Assembly (NCBI GenBank): GCA_947174335.1
Contig: CAMWIM010000004.1
Coordinates: 6,997-70,996, forward strand
Origin: an uncultured Porphyromonadaceae bacterium
Lineage (GTDB): Bacteria; Bacteroidota; Bacteroidia; Bacteroidales; Muribaculaceae
DNA length: 64,000 bases
Direction: 5' to 3'
A model generated the notes under the pieces. The model had not been told where the DNA came from and made no database searches. It saw only the letters and a program-made list of their open reading frames with translations. Below, in pieces: positions 28,773 to 37,941 of the stretch. The number at the start of each line of letters is the position of its first letter. Position 1 is the first letter of the stretch. Both the position numbers and the translations under genes were made by a program.

Positions 28773-29929
28773 CTCCAATTGCCAAACATCTTCTCTCTAT
28801 CAATATCAATCGCGCGCGTCTTTTCGCATTCGGAGTCGCCAATCTCATCGGATTGACAATCGTTATGTTGGCAATACACTTCTATGGCGATATAAAAAAA
28901 ACATTGTATGTCGATATTAACGATGCGGGCGACTACATTGTCATATCAAAAAAAATTGATACTTTCGGGCAGACCGATGCCCCCGGATTTTCGGTTGAAA
29001 TGATCGATTCGATTATTGCACAGCCCTGGGTGCTTGATGCCGGACCGTTTCAATCATCCCAAGCCGACATCATGGCGACTGTGTTGTTACCCGATGCCCG
29101 ATTATCGACTTCATTATTTTTTGAAGCTGTTCCTGATCGTTTCCTTGATATTCATCCGGCGGCTTTCACGTTTGAAAAGGGCGATTTGACTGTTCCGGTA
29201 ATATTACCGAAAGAATACCTTTCGCTCTATAATTTCGGATATGCTTCGGCTCGCAATTTGCCTGCGATGAGTGAGGCTATGCTCGGAATGGTTCCCCTGC
29301 AGATAACAGTCAGCGGTAATGGTAATTCTTTGACTTTCAAAGGGAGGGTTGTCGGCTTTTCATCGCGCATAAACACTATTGCCGTACCTCAAAATTTCAT
29401 TACGACTACCAACCAAATGATAGGCTCGGAGAAATCATCCGATCCCTCACGACTAATCGTGAAAATTGACCCGACAAACCGACATTTGATTGCTCCGTTT
29501 CTTGAAAAGCATAACCTTGACACAACCTCGTCGGATCTTCAATCTCAAACCGATTATATCCTTCGTATAATTACTGTGGCTGTTGTGATTGTAGGCTTGA
29601 TAATATGTGTTCTCTCGTTATTCCTGTTGACGTTGACAATCTTCCTTACACTCGAGAAAAATCGAGACAAAACAAGGTTGTTACTTCAGCTCGGATATTC
29701 TCCACGTTCAATTGCCGCATATTATCGCAACATTATTATATTGCTCAATTCGATTGTTTTCTTGATTGCGACGTCGATTTTAATCCTCATCGACTGTCTT
29801 GTTTTACACCACGCCAACGAATATATTTCAATTCAGCAGTCGCCAATTGTTATTCCAATGGCGGTCGGTTTCGCATTGACGCTTATATCTATTATAATCA
29901 ATACATTATCAGTCAAGCGAAGTATTTAA
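28769..29929 (+). CDS. FtsX-like ABC transporter permease
   Basis: 4-nt overlap with the ATPase gene. N-terminal TM segment, large loop, and a C-terminal three-TM bundle. Confidence 0.7.
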   Translation: MTPIAKHLLSININRARLFAFGVANLIGLTIVMLAIHFYGDIKKTLYVDINDAGDYIVISKKIDTFGQTDAPGFSVEMIDSIIAQPWVLDAGPFQSSQADIMATVLLPDARLSTSLFFEAVPDRFLDIHPAAFTFEKGDLTVPVILPKEYLSLYNFGYASARNLPAMSEAMLGMVPLQITVSGNGNSLTFKGRVVGFSSRINTIAVPQNFITTTNQMIGSEKSSDPSRLIVKIDPTNRHLIAPFLEKHNLDTTSSDLQSQTDYILRIITVAVVIVGLIICVLSLFLLTLTIFLTLEKNRDKTRLLLQLGYSPRSIAAYYRNIIILLNSIVFLIATSILILIDCLVLHHANEYISIQQSPIVIPMAVGFALTLISIIINTLSVKRSI

Positions 29930-29934
29930 GCATT

Positions 29935-31554
29935 TCAAAACGGAACGCTGCACTCAAAACAATAGTGTTGCCCGTTTATCGGGAATGTAAATTCGATTTT
30001 ATGTGCGTGAAGATGCAAACGTTCACTATTGGCAGTCGCTTTGCCATATAGCCGGTCGCCTGCAATTGACATTCCAAGCCCTTCTGACGAGGCTGAATGT
30101 ACTCTCAGCTGATGTGTTCGTCCCGTAACGGGGTGGAAAATCACGCGACTTCTGCCGTTAGAAACCTCAGTAAATAGGTATTCTGTAACCGCGCTTTTCC
30201 CATTTTCAAAATCAATCCGTTGTCGTGGTCGATCGAGCCAATCCGGTGAAATCGGCAGGTCAATCATTCCTTGTTCGGCTAATCCTTTTTCCCTGTAATC
30301 GCCGTCGAGCAGTGCCACGTATGTTTTTTCGGTCTTTCGTGTCGCAAATATCGACTGCATCGCTTTATAGGCTTGTAGTCCGAATGTTGCTATTATCAGT
30401 CCCGATGTATCTTGGTCAAGTCGATGCGCAACCTTTACATCACGGTCGGCTTCATAATGATTTTCAAGCCACTGTTGAAGCGAAATTTCATATCCTTTGC
30501 CCGGTACTGAAAGCATCCCTGATGGCTTGTTGACAACGCAGAACCATTCGTTTTCAAATATAATCTCGGGCTTATGCTCTGTTAATGAATGTGAGTGTGT
30601 GTCGAGTTGAGGAACAATCTCAAGTCCTTGAAGCATCCAACTGAGTACAGGCAAACACTTACCACGACAAGCAGGATAATGCTCTCCATGGATTCTCACT
30701 TCGCCCCCTTTAGGCTTACCATACCAAAATTCGGCAATTGAAATCGGCTTCCAACCTTTTAGATATGCAGCTTGTATTAACTTTGGGGCACAACATTCTC
30801 CGGCTCCTGAAGGTGGAATTTTCATTGGCGTTTCAGCGAAAATCTCACTTAAACTTCGACTTTCACCACGCGCATTAAGTAACTTAAAATTTGAGAATAA
30901 CCAATTTTGCAATACCTCGGAGTCGTGACGACGGCGTTCTTTCATTTCCTCCAATCGTGCGGTGGCATCATTGAACTTATCTATATTAGGTTGTAAATCC
31001 TCTGCCAATCTTTTTTTAAGACGATGAAGTTCAGCCTTCTCAAATTGGCTTTGGCGTATCATCTGTACAATCTCATTGTCATCTGTCAAGCCAGCCTCTC
31101 GTTTGGCATCACGTTGAGCCTTTGACTGTCGACATTTCTCTTTAAAGTCGTTTAAAGAGATGGTCAATTGTTCCTTAATATGTTCGTATTCATTCCGTAT
31201 TTTAGTAAGTTTGCTATTTTCAAACTCATCAATCTCTTTATTTTGGAGTGAGATTTCAGCTTCGTGAGTCTTGAAATATCCATCGGGTTGTAGATAGTCA
31301 AACACAGGTCCGACAAACCCCTCATGATAGAAACCTCCATTCCCGAGCTGACCCGAAAAAGCATAAAGGGTATGTCGTTCGCCATCCGTGTCCTCGGCTA
31401 TAAGCACTCCAAGCATCTTACCGTCAGCGAGTTCGTTACAAAAATTAACGTCCTCAGTCCGGCTGCTCAATTTCATCGCCTCCAGTCTGTCCATCAATTT
31501 AGCAAAAGCCTCCCGACACTCGTAGCCCGGTATATAATCAAACGGGTTGTTCAT
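29935..31554 (-). CDS. RluA-family pseudouridine synthase with a roughly 300-aa N-terminal extension
   Basis: HRLDQDTSGLII catalytic motif and the C-terminal RTHQLRVH motif. The N-terminal part has a coiled coil and a Cys cluster. Confidence 0.85.
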   Translation of the reverse strand: MNNPFDYIPGYECREAFAKLMDRLEAMKLSSRTEDVNFCNELADGKMLGVLIAEDTDGERHTLYAFSGQLGNGGFYHEGFVGPVFDYLQPDGYFKTHEAEISLQNKEIDEFENSKLTKIRNEYEHIKEQLTISLNDFKEKCRQSKAQRDAKREAGLTDDNEIVQMIRQSQFEKAELHRLKKRLAEDLQPNIDKFNDATARLEEMKERRRHDSEVLQNWLFSNFKLLNARGESRSLSEIFAETPMKIPPSGAGECCAPKLIQAAYLKGWKPISIAEFWYGKPKGGEVRIHGEHYPACRGKCLPVLSWMLQGLEIVPQLDTHSHSLTEHKPEIIFENEWFCVVNKPSGMLSVPGKGYEISLQQWLENHYEADRDVKVAHRLDQDTSGLIIATFGLQAYKAMQSIFATRKTEKTYVALLDGDYREKGLAEQGMIDLPISPDWLDRPRQRIDFENGKSAVTEYLFTEVSNGRSRVIFHPVTGRTHQLRVHSASSEGLGMSIAGDRLYGKATANSERLHLHAHKIEFTFPINGQHYCFECSVPF

Positions 31555-31934
31555 AGCTTGGCTATCAACTCAGTTCCTGTCAATACCTCCATTTTTGAGA
31601 AAGCGAAGAGTTTTTTGCCAAGGTCTTTTAGCGAGGCTCCGATGTGATAGACATCTTCGTCGATTATCAGGAAGCGATCGTGAGCTTTAGTGTATTTGTG
31701 TAAAGTTACACCGGGATACTGTCCGTTGTGTTTCTCGACATCCAATCGAATCTGCTTGGAAATTTGTCCGTCATAAATGTCAACAGTTACGCCGGGCGTA
31801 CGCTTCGACAGCTGCGTTAGAACGGTGTCATCTACATAGTTATCGATTAGTACAATCCGCTTTTTAGCCTGTCTTATCAAATCGGCAATAAGCGCATACG
31901 CATCAAAGATCTGACCATTGAAAAATACTCCCTC
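31551..31934 (-). repeat. direct repeat copy 1 (3' part of the gene; 290-bp core identical to copy 2)
   Basis: By manual alignment, 31639-31928 is base-for-base identical to 35710-35999. The flanking 3' 88 bp has many substitutions. Confidence 0.9.
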
Positions 31935-32417
31935 TATTGGTTGTAGCGATGAGCGTACAAAAAAGTCAACTTTCTCGTCAAGTTGGAGTAAGTGGCGATC
32001 ATATTCTGACAATCTTCGATCAATACGGTCTTCAAGTTGCATTAGACGTTGATTGATAGAATAACCACGCAACAGGTATTCTTTTAAGATTTTGTTTGCC
32101 CATATTCTAAATTGAACCCCTCGTGGAGATTTAACTCTATAACCTACTGAGGTTATCATCTCAAGATTGTAGTACTCAACCTGATATGTTTTACCATCTG
32201 TGGCAGTTGTCGCAAATTTTGCGACAACTGGTTGACCCAATAATTCCTCTTTTAATGCATTGTTGATATGCTTTCCGATTGTCTTAACATCTCTGCCAAA
32301 CAATTCTGCAATCTGCAACCTATTAAGCCACACCGATTCATCCTCAACTCTCACGTCAAGAGCGAGTGTGTCATCAGGCTGATATAGTATTATTTCATTT
32401 GTTTGATTCGATTCCAT
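31551..32417 (-). CDS. RhuM-like N-terminal domain fused to a PLD/HKD-like (HxR variant) C-terminal module
   Basis: N-terminus ILYQPDD..VRVEDESVWLNRLQIAELF..YYNLEMITSVGYRVKSPRGVQFRIWA is RhuM-like. C-terminus has AHDRFLIIDEDVYHIGASLKD. -7 box (rc of 32422-32429 = TACTTTTG) lies 4 nt from the ATG. Confidence 0.7.
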   Translation of the reverse strand: MESNQTNEIILYQPDDTLALDVRVEDESVWLNRLQIAELFGRDVKTIGKHINNALKEELLGQPVVAKFATTATDGKTYQVEYYNLEMITSVGYRVKSPRGVQFRIWANKILKEYLLRGYSINQRLMQLEDRIDRRLSEYDRHLLQLDEKVDFFVRSSLQPIEGVFFNGQIFDAYALIADLIRQAKKRIVLIDNYVDDTVLTQLSKRTPGVTVDIYDGQISKQIRLDVEKHNGQYPGVTLHKYTKAHDRFLIIDEDVYHIGASLKDLGKKLFAFSKMEVLTGTELIAKL

Positions 32418-32494
32418 AATGCAAAAGTAACAAATTTAACAGAATCAACCATTCTTATACTGGATATTTCACACGAATTTCATATCTTTGCATT

Positions 32495-33388
32495 ATGACC
32501 ACCATACCTAAAGATATAGAGAAGAAGTTGAAAGCTGTTGTTCGTCGAATAGAGGAGGCAGCGGCTTTTGACGGTGTGGGTAACGATGATTTTAATCAGG
32601 CTACATCAGTCAAAACTCTTGTTGATATTTCAGGGATGTCAGAACGAAGTCTACGTAACTGGTTCAAAATCTATAGCGGAACAACGGTAAGCGAATATGC
32701 CAGAGATAGACGAGTTAATTATGCAGCAAGAATATTCCGGTTGTTCCCCGATACCTCAAAGTCAAAGGTGTCGCAATTTATTGGATTGAATTCATCGAAT
32801 GCTCTTTATCCATATATGAAAAAAGCTGGCGTAGAGGATTTAGACGCTCTAAGATCATCAGATAATCTAACAGATTTTACACTATTGAATTTTACAATAG
32901 AATGCTTGCCCGACTCGATATTATTTTATACAATGAATGAAGTTTTGTATGATGAGTGTTCTGATGTTGAATTTGAAGAATATAATTGGAATAAGATTAA
33001 TAGCTTTATAACGTCGAAAATTCCGGAGGCGTCTATTATTGGAGATGTCGGATTTGCGATAGACCGATATGTCGAAAATAAGATAGATGAAGGGCTTTTT
33101 GTAGCGGGAATACTTTGTAAAAGTATATCAAAGTCAAGTCTGTCAAAAGATCTAATAGGAGATATCGGTTGGAGATTTATTCAAAGTCAAAAATATGTTG
33201 TTTTTACTCATATTGGAAATTACGGAGGACTAACAGATTTCTACAATTTAGCTCTTCAAACATTGAGGCATAATGAAGCTATTCAGGTTGATAAATCGCT
33301 ATTAATTATGGAGAAATACATCAATTCCCCGGTAAATACTTCTAACGAGGAATTGATAACAGAGATTTGGATTCCGATTATTGATTAA
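32495..33388 (+). CDS. AraC-type HTH regulator with a GyrI-like effector-binding domain
   Basis: SERSLRNWFKIYSGTTVSEYARDRRVNYAARIF (AraC HTH). C-terminal GNYGGL..Y......MEKYINSP...EELITEIWIPI is GyrI-like. Confidence 0.65.
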   Translation: MTTIPKDIEKKLKAVVRRIEEAAAFDGVGNDDFNQATSVKTLVDISGMSERSLRNWFKIYSGTTVSEYARDRRVNYAARIFRLFPDTSKSKVSQFIGLNSSNALYPYMKKAGVEDLDALRSSDNLTDFTLLNFTIECLPDSILFYTMNEVLYDECSDVEFEEYNWNKINSFITSKIPEASIIGDVGFAIDRYVENKIDEGLFVAGILCKSISKSSLSKDLIGDIGWRFIQSQKYVVFTHIGNYGGLTDFYNLALQTLRHNEAIQVDKSLLIMEKYINSPVNTSNEELITEIWIPIID

Positions 33389-33923
33389 ATCTAAAGGCTT
33401 TGAATGAGGCATCGGTTTCGTCTTCTTTGACTAATGAATTCATAAATTCAAAGATTGTTGGGTCAACAATTTTGTCGCATTCAGCCCATGCATCGAGAGT
33501 CTCTTTTATTAAATTTTCGATATATTTTCCCCATAACTGGGTACCTAAGCCATTTTTATCGGTAATTATTCGACCGGTCAAATGAAAACAATATTTATCA
33601 GGTTCAATAACCCCTCTTTCTTCTTCGATTGTGAGAGTTGAGAACATTCCAATTTTATTCCATTTTTGTTCAAAAATCTTCAGTTCATCTAAATCGCTTT
33701 CATTGAAGACTGTCCAGGGATGAGCTGAAATGTAAACTAAATGATCTTGGGGATATACATCTGTTACAATTGATATTTTCGCTTCGTCAATTATTCGCGT
33801 TACGTGAAAAATTGTTGAGGTTCCTTCTTGCATAATTGCAGCACCCTCGGTGTTGTAGATTGTCTTATACTTTACATCATTGAGTCTTAGATGATTTTGT
33901 AGTGATTTTGTTATTAGATCCAT
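33378..33923 (-). CDS. hypothetical protein
   Basis: 181-aa ORF, AT-rich, no recognisable motif. Confidence 0.45.
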   Translation of the reverse strand: MDLITKSLQNHLRLNDVKYKTIYNTEGAAIMQEGTSTIFHVTRIIDEAKISIVTDVYPQDHLVYISAHPWTVFNESDLDELKIFEQKWNKIGMFSTLTIEEERGVIEPDKYCFHLTGRIITDKNGLGTQLWGKYIENLIKETLDAWAECDKIVDPTIFEFMNSLVKEDETDASFKAFRFNQ

Positions 33924-33941
33924 AATATAAACAGTTAGAGA

Positions 33942-34877
33942 TTAGATATAACGTGGAGTAAACATTTGATGACAATAGGTCAATTTTTTTAATATTATCG
34001 GTCTTTTCAACGTCCAGGAAATACAATGTAATGCTCCTCCCTCTGAAATTATTGGAGACATTTTTATCGGAATACATTGCTTCTTAGTAAGATTTTCGAT
34101 TTGTTGAAGTGCCGGGGTGTCACTCGCAATGTTGGCAGATGGCACGAGAACTATATTTCCGGTATCAAGATAGTTAAGATGACACCAGCTATTCTCTCGA
34201 TATTTTGATCCGTATGAAAGTTCAGATATCTCAAATCTATTACCAAGTGCTTTCTTGATAGAATTCCCGAGCTTGGGGTCAAAATCAGAGTAACAATTTA
34301 AAAGTAATTTACCGTTGCCAATACTTCTTACCATTCCGTCGGAATGTCCGTATGGTTCCTCATGATCCCAAGGAATAAGTATTACCTCAGCTCCAAGACA
34401 TTTTTCAAGTTCTTTAAGAATATCATAATGAGATAGAGACGGATTCTCATAAAGTACCTTTGTCGTCATGATAACGCAGTTAACTCCATTTTTGTCAACA
34501 CATTTTATCATGTTCCCACCATCTAAAATCAGGTTGGTATGATGACAATATTTATATGATAATTTAGATGATAATATGGGACCGCCACCTGATTCAATAA
34601 AGGCATCTCGGCAATTAGTGATATACTTTTCTTTGCCTTTTAGATAGTCAGGGTTGTATCTATAAATAACGAATCCACCGTCATGGCGTTGAAAGGGCAT
34701 AAAATCTCTTACCCATATATCATTGGCATTGGGAACAAAGTTATAAAGCAAGCATTCAGCTTTTAGAATTGATTCAATTTGTTCCCATGCCGATTGGTAC
34801 TTAGCCATTGATTTAAGAAATGGCGCAAAATAAATAGTTCTTCTCATAATTGCTTGTATAAAGTTTTTACACTGCAA
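33942..34877 (-). CDS. agmatine deiminase / Porphyromonas-type peptidyl-arginine deiminase family (guanidino-group modifying enzyme)
   Basis: IWVRDFMPF (W.RD..P motif) and the C-terminal GGALHCISW catalytic-Cys motif. The true start may be the ATG at 34847. Confidence 0.7.
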   Translation of the reverse strand: MQCKNFIQAIMRRTIYFAPFLKSMAKYQSAWEQIESILKAECLLYNFVPNANDIWVRDFMPFQRHDGGFVIYRYNPDYLKGKEKYITNCRDAFIESGGGPILSSKLSYKYCHHTNLILDGGNMIKCVDKNGVNCVIMTTKVLYENPSLSHYDILKELEKCLGAEVILIPWDHEEPYGHSDGMVRSIGNGKLLLNCYSDFDPKLGNSIKKALGNRFEISELSYGSKYRENSWCHLNYLDTGNIVLVPSANIASDTPALQQIENLTKKQCIPIKMSPIISEGGALHCISWTLKRPIILKKLTYCHQMFTPRYI

Positions 34878-34921
34878 AATTACGAGAAGAATAATTAGGG
34901 GATTGTACTCAAATCGGCAAA

Positions 34922-35584
34922 CTATTCAATATGCTTTGTTCCCTTGGGTCGAATCCTGGAAGGAATATCTTTGCATTTTGTGGGATCTTCGTTCATGTAA
35001 AAGAAACGATAAGGTCTATTATGTGTATCTTCAAAGATTTTGTTTAGATCTTTATCAGTAGGGTCAATGCTTAACCTTGTTAGCCAGTTTTTTACACTGG
35101 CCGTTTTATCTTTTATATTAATATGACGTTTACATTGGTAGAGTTTTTCACTAACCTTTTGTTCTATTAATATAGGATATTCAGTTTTGGTTATACCAAA
35201 TGCATCAAAATTATCCCAAAGAATATTAACACATTTCTGTGGTCCGAAAATATAGTCTCCGGTTTCAATATTTTTAATACCTCTAATAAGAATACCCCCG
35301 AAAGATGACTTATTACTTGTAAATGTAAGGTCAACTCCACTTTGGTGGAAGAACCATCTTCCTGCTACCATATATCGTGGATAGGTAATATGATCGGGAT
35401 GAGATTTACTATTATAGTAGAACTCTATCTCAACAATAGCATATTTGGTAGAACCTTTCTGTATATCATCCGTACCTTTCTGTATAACATAATTGCACAT
35501 CAATTCTTTTGCAATTTTTTTAAATTGATCTTGCAAGTCCGGCTCATTGTAGCTATTATCCAGTAATTGTTTTAATTTAGTCAT
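34922..35584 (-). CDS. hypothetical protein with distant resemblance to AAG/MPG-type 3-methyladenine DNA glycosylases
   Basis: By-eye pattern match: YAIVEIEFYY..HPD..TY / GRWFFHQSGVDLTF / GGILIRGI / FGPQKCVNIL against VETEAY..D.A.H / G..YVY..YG...N / LIRALEP / NGPGKLCQAL. Confidence 0.4.
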   Translation of the reverse strand: MTKLKQLLDNSYNEPDLQDQFKKIAKELMCNYVIQKGTDDIQKGSTKYAIVEIEFYYNSKSHPDHITYPRYMVAGRWFFHQSGVDLTFTSNKSSFGGILIRGIKNIETGDYIFGPQKCVNILWDNFDAFGITKTEYPILIEQKVSEKLYQCKRHINIKDKTASVKNWLTRLSIDPTDKDLNKIFEDTHNRPYRFFYMNEDPTKCKDIPSRIRPKGTKHIE

Positions 35585-35621
35585 AATTCTTTTCGTGTAT
35601 TATTTGTCGTATTCTGGCTAA

Positions 35622-36005
35622 TTATAACCCTGCAATCAACTCTGCTCCAGTCATAACCTCCATTTTTGAGAAAGCAAAGAGTTTTTTGCCGAGATCTTTT
35701 AGCGAAGCACCGATGTGATAGACATCTTCGTCGATTATCAGGAAGCGATCGTGAGCTTTAGTGTATTTGTGTAAAGTTACACCGGGATACTGTCCGTTGT
35801 GTTTCTCGACATCCAATCGAATCTGCTTGGAAATTTGTCCGTCATAAATGTCAACAGTTACGCCGGGCGTACGCTTCGACAGCTGCGTTAGAACGGTGTC
35901 ATCTACATAGTTATCGATTAGTACAATCCGCTTTTTAGCCTGTCTTATCAAATCGGCAATAAGCGCATACGCATCAAAGATCTGACCATTGAAAAATACA
36001 CCCTC
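35622..36005 (-). repeat. direct repeat copy 2
   Basis: See copy 1. Offset is 4071 bp, same orientation. Confidence 0.9.
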
Positions 36006-36533
36006 ACGGGGTTTCTCATCACCTCCGAGTTTATCAAGAATTGCATCAACCTTTTCATCAGTTTTTAGCTGCTTCATCTCCAATTGATCCATTCGTTGAA
36101 ATATCGCAGCATTATTCATAAGGAAATTGCGCATCGCCGAGAAAGCTCTCATAATATTAATATTAACTTCGATAGCTTTATCTGAACGTAATACACTACT
36201 AAGCATTGCAACCCCATTCTCTGTAAATACATAGGGCATATATTTAAGATGATGTCCACGCCTTTCGTTTAAGGTCACAATTTGTGACCTTAAACATTCT
36301 TCCTTTGTTAGTTGAAACATAAAATCTTCAGGGAAACGCTGAATATTTCGTTTTACTGCTTGATTCAATACTTTCGTTTCTACACCGTATAATCGTGCTA
36401 AATCGGAATCGAGCATTACCTGCTGTTCACGAATTATATGTATAAGCGATTCTATACGAACCGGCTTCAACATAAAGCCATATTCTGCAACCGTTTCAAT
36501 ATTATGCTTAGATTTCTTTTTTGAATTTTCCAT
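35622..36533 (-). CDS. ORF6N (KilA-N-like) domain fused to the same PLD/HKD-like C-terminal module
   Basis: REQQVMLDSDLARLYGVETKVLNQAVKRNIQRFPEDFMFQLTKEE is the ORF6N signature. The C-terminal ~150 aa are nearly identical to 31551..32417. -7 box (rc of 36538-36545 = TACTTTTG) lies 4 nt from the ATG. Confidence 0.75.
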   Translation of the reverse strand: MENSKKKSKHNIETVAEYGFMLKPVRIESLIHIIREQQVMLDSDLARLYGVETKVLNQAVKRNIQRFPEDFMFQLTKEECLRSQIVTLNERRGHHLKYMPYVFTENGVAMLSSVLRSDKAIEVNINIMRAFSAMRNFLMNNAAIFQRMDQLEMKQLKTDEKVDAILDKLGGDEKPREGVFFNGQIFDAYALIADLIRQAKKRIVLIDNYVDDTVLTQLSKRTPGVTVDIYDGQISKQIRLDVEKHNGQYPGVTLHKYTKAHDRFLIIDEDVYHIGASLKDLGKKLFAFSKMEVMTGAELIAGL

Positions 36534-36596
36534 ACCACAAAAGTAACAAAATTTATGGTAATTCAGTGAATTTATTCTTTTGTTATTGTTGAAATT

Positions 36597-37169
36597 TTAT
36601 TTAAATATAGCATGGTGGATGCGGTCGGTATGCCATTTGTCGCGTGGAGCTGAAATTTTGACAGGATGACCGATTGGAATAAGATTGAACGGTACGAAAT
36701 TATCAGGGAGATTCAGGATGCGCATGGCGGCTTCCATACGATCGGAATGAGGATAAAGACAGGTCCAGACTCCACCGAGACCTAATGCGTGAGTCGCAAG
36801 TAGAATGTTCTCTGACGCTGCTGACAAGTCCTGTTCCCACAAAGTTGAGTCATCGCCGTCAAGAAACCGCTCTTTGTTTCCGCAAACCATAATTGCCATC
36901 GGCGCGGTTGCTGCCATCTTGGCGTAAGGCAGTGCATCTGCCAATGATTTAAGTATTTGCTTGTCATCAATAAGCATAAATTCCCACGGCTGACAGTTTA
37001 CACCGGTCGGGGCGCACATTGCCGCATAAAGCAACGCTGTTTTCTCATCATCAGTAATAGTTTGGTCGGTATAACGGCGCACGCTTGTACGCTCCACGAT
37101 ATTTCGATAAGCCGGATTTTCATTTATAATTTTTGTAATTATTTCGTTCATAATCTTTCTGATTGTCAA
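36597..37169 (-). CDS. nitroreductase family protein
   Basis: RTSVRRYTDQ..., PTGVNCQPWEF, and a C-terminal dimer-interface region typical of the NfsB/NfnB-like fold. The start may be the ATG at 37151. Confidence 0.85.
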   Translation of the reverse strand: MTIRKIMNEIITKIINENPAYRNIVERTSVRRYTDQTITDDEKTALLYAAMCAPTGVNCQPWEFMLIDDKQILKSLADALPYAKMAATAPMAIMVCGNKERFLDGDDSTLWEQDLSAASENILLATHALGLGGVWTCLYPHSDRMEAAMRILNLPDNFVPFNLIPIGHPVKISAPRDKWHTDRIHHAIFK

Positions 37170-37296
37170 TTATATAAATATAACAATACCAATAATGATA
37201 AGTTTGGAACAATACACTTTAAATCACATTCTTTCTCAAGAATTTTTCTTACTTTTGCAATATGACAAGTAATCTACACGAATTAATTTTATTCCC

Positions 37297-37923
37297 CTAT
37301 TTCCCTTGATAGGAAGCCGTATATTTTTTCATGGGTTGTTTGACAAATTCGGTGGTGCCTTTCCATGTCATATCGTCGATTTTCCAGTCTCCGGCACTGT
37401 TTTTTATGAGCTTAATAGTAACAGGAGTTGTCTGGTCGCTATTAACCACTTTGATATTGGCTGATGCCGCTGACTCAGTATCAAACGTAATTTTGTCAAT
37501 TGTTACATCTAATTCATAAACATCTTGACCACAATAAAATAAATCCCAGTCGAGAAATTCCATCATTGCCTCAGGGTCAAGCCGGTTGAATTGATCCCAT
37601 GTTTTTTTGAAATCATCGCTCATCAGGTCGGTGCGTTTGACCTCATTTTTGAACCCTAACTCTTTGAATTGATTGAGCATTGATTTTGAGTAGATGCGCT
37701 CGGTCTCGGGGGTGAGGGTCGGGTCGAAATAGGCAAGCAAAATTGTGCGTTTGATCGCATCGGTCTGTTTTGGGTCGTTTTCTAATACTTCAATAGGCTC
37801 TTTTGCGGCGAGTTCGGTCGAATCGGTGGTTTCATTTCCGGTATTCTTTTTCGATGAATTTCCGGTACAAGATGCCACAATTGCCGATAGAATAATGATT
37901 GCTGAAATTTGATATATTTTCAT
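37297..37923 (-). CDS. lipoprotein of unknown function
   Basis: MKIYQISAIIILSAIVASC signal and lipobox. Confidence 0.6.
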   Translation of the reverse strand: MKIYQISAIIILSAIVASCTGNSSKKNTGNETTDSTELAAKEPIEVLENDPKQTDAIKRTILLAYFDPTLTPETERIYSKSMLNQFKELGFKNEVKRTDLMSDDFKKTWDQFNRLDPEAMMEFLDWDLFYCGQDVYELDVTIDKITFDTESAASANIKVVNSDQTTPVTIKLIKNSAGDWKIDDMTWKGTTEFVKQPMKKYTASYQGK

Positions 37924-37941
37924 GTCAATAATGTATTATGT

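Noticed and set aside
29605-30051. 148-aa plus-strand ORF spanning the permease / RluA boundary
   Set aside because: It is out of frame with the FtsX-like permease and runs antisense into the RluA gene. Both of those genes have clear motifs.
37170-37296. Plus-strand TAnnTTTG-like boxes (taagtttg, tacttttg) upstream of nothing
   Set aside because: No plus-strand ORF or hairpin follows. The region is AT-rich enough for chance matches.
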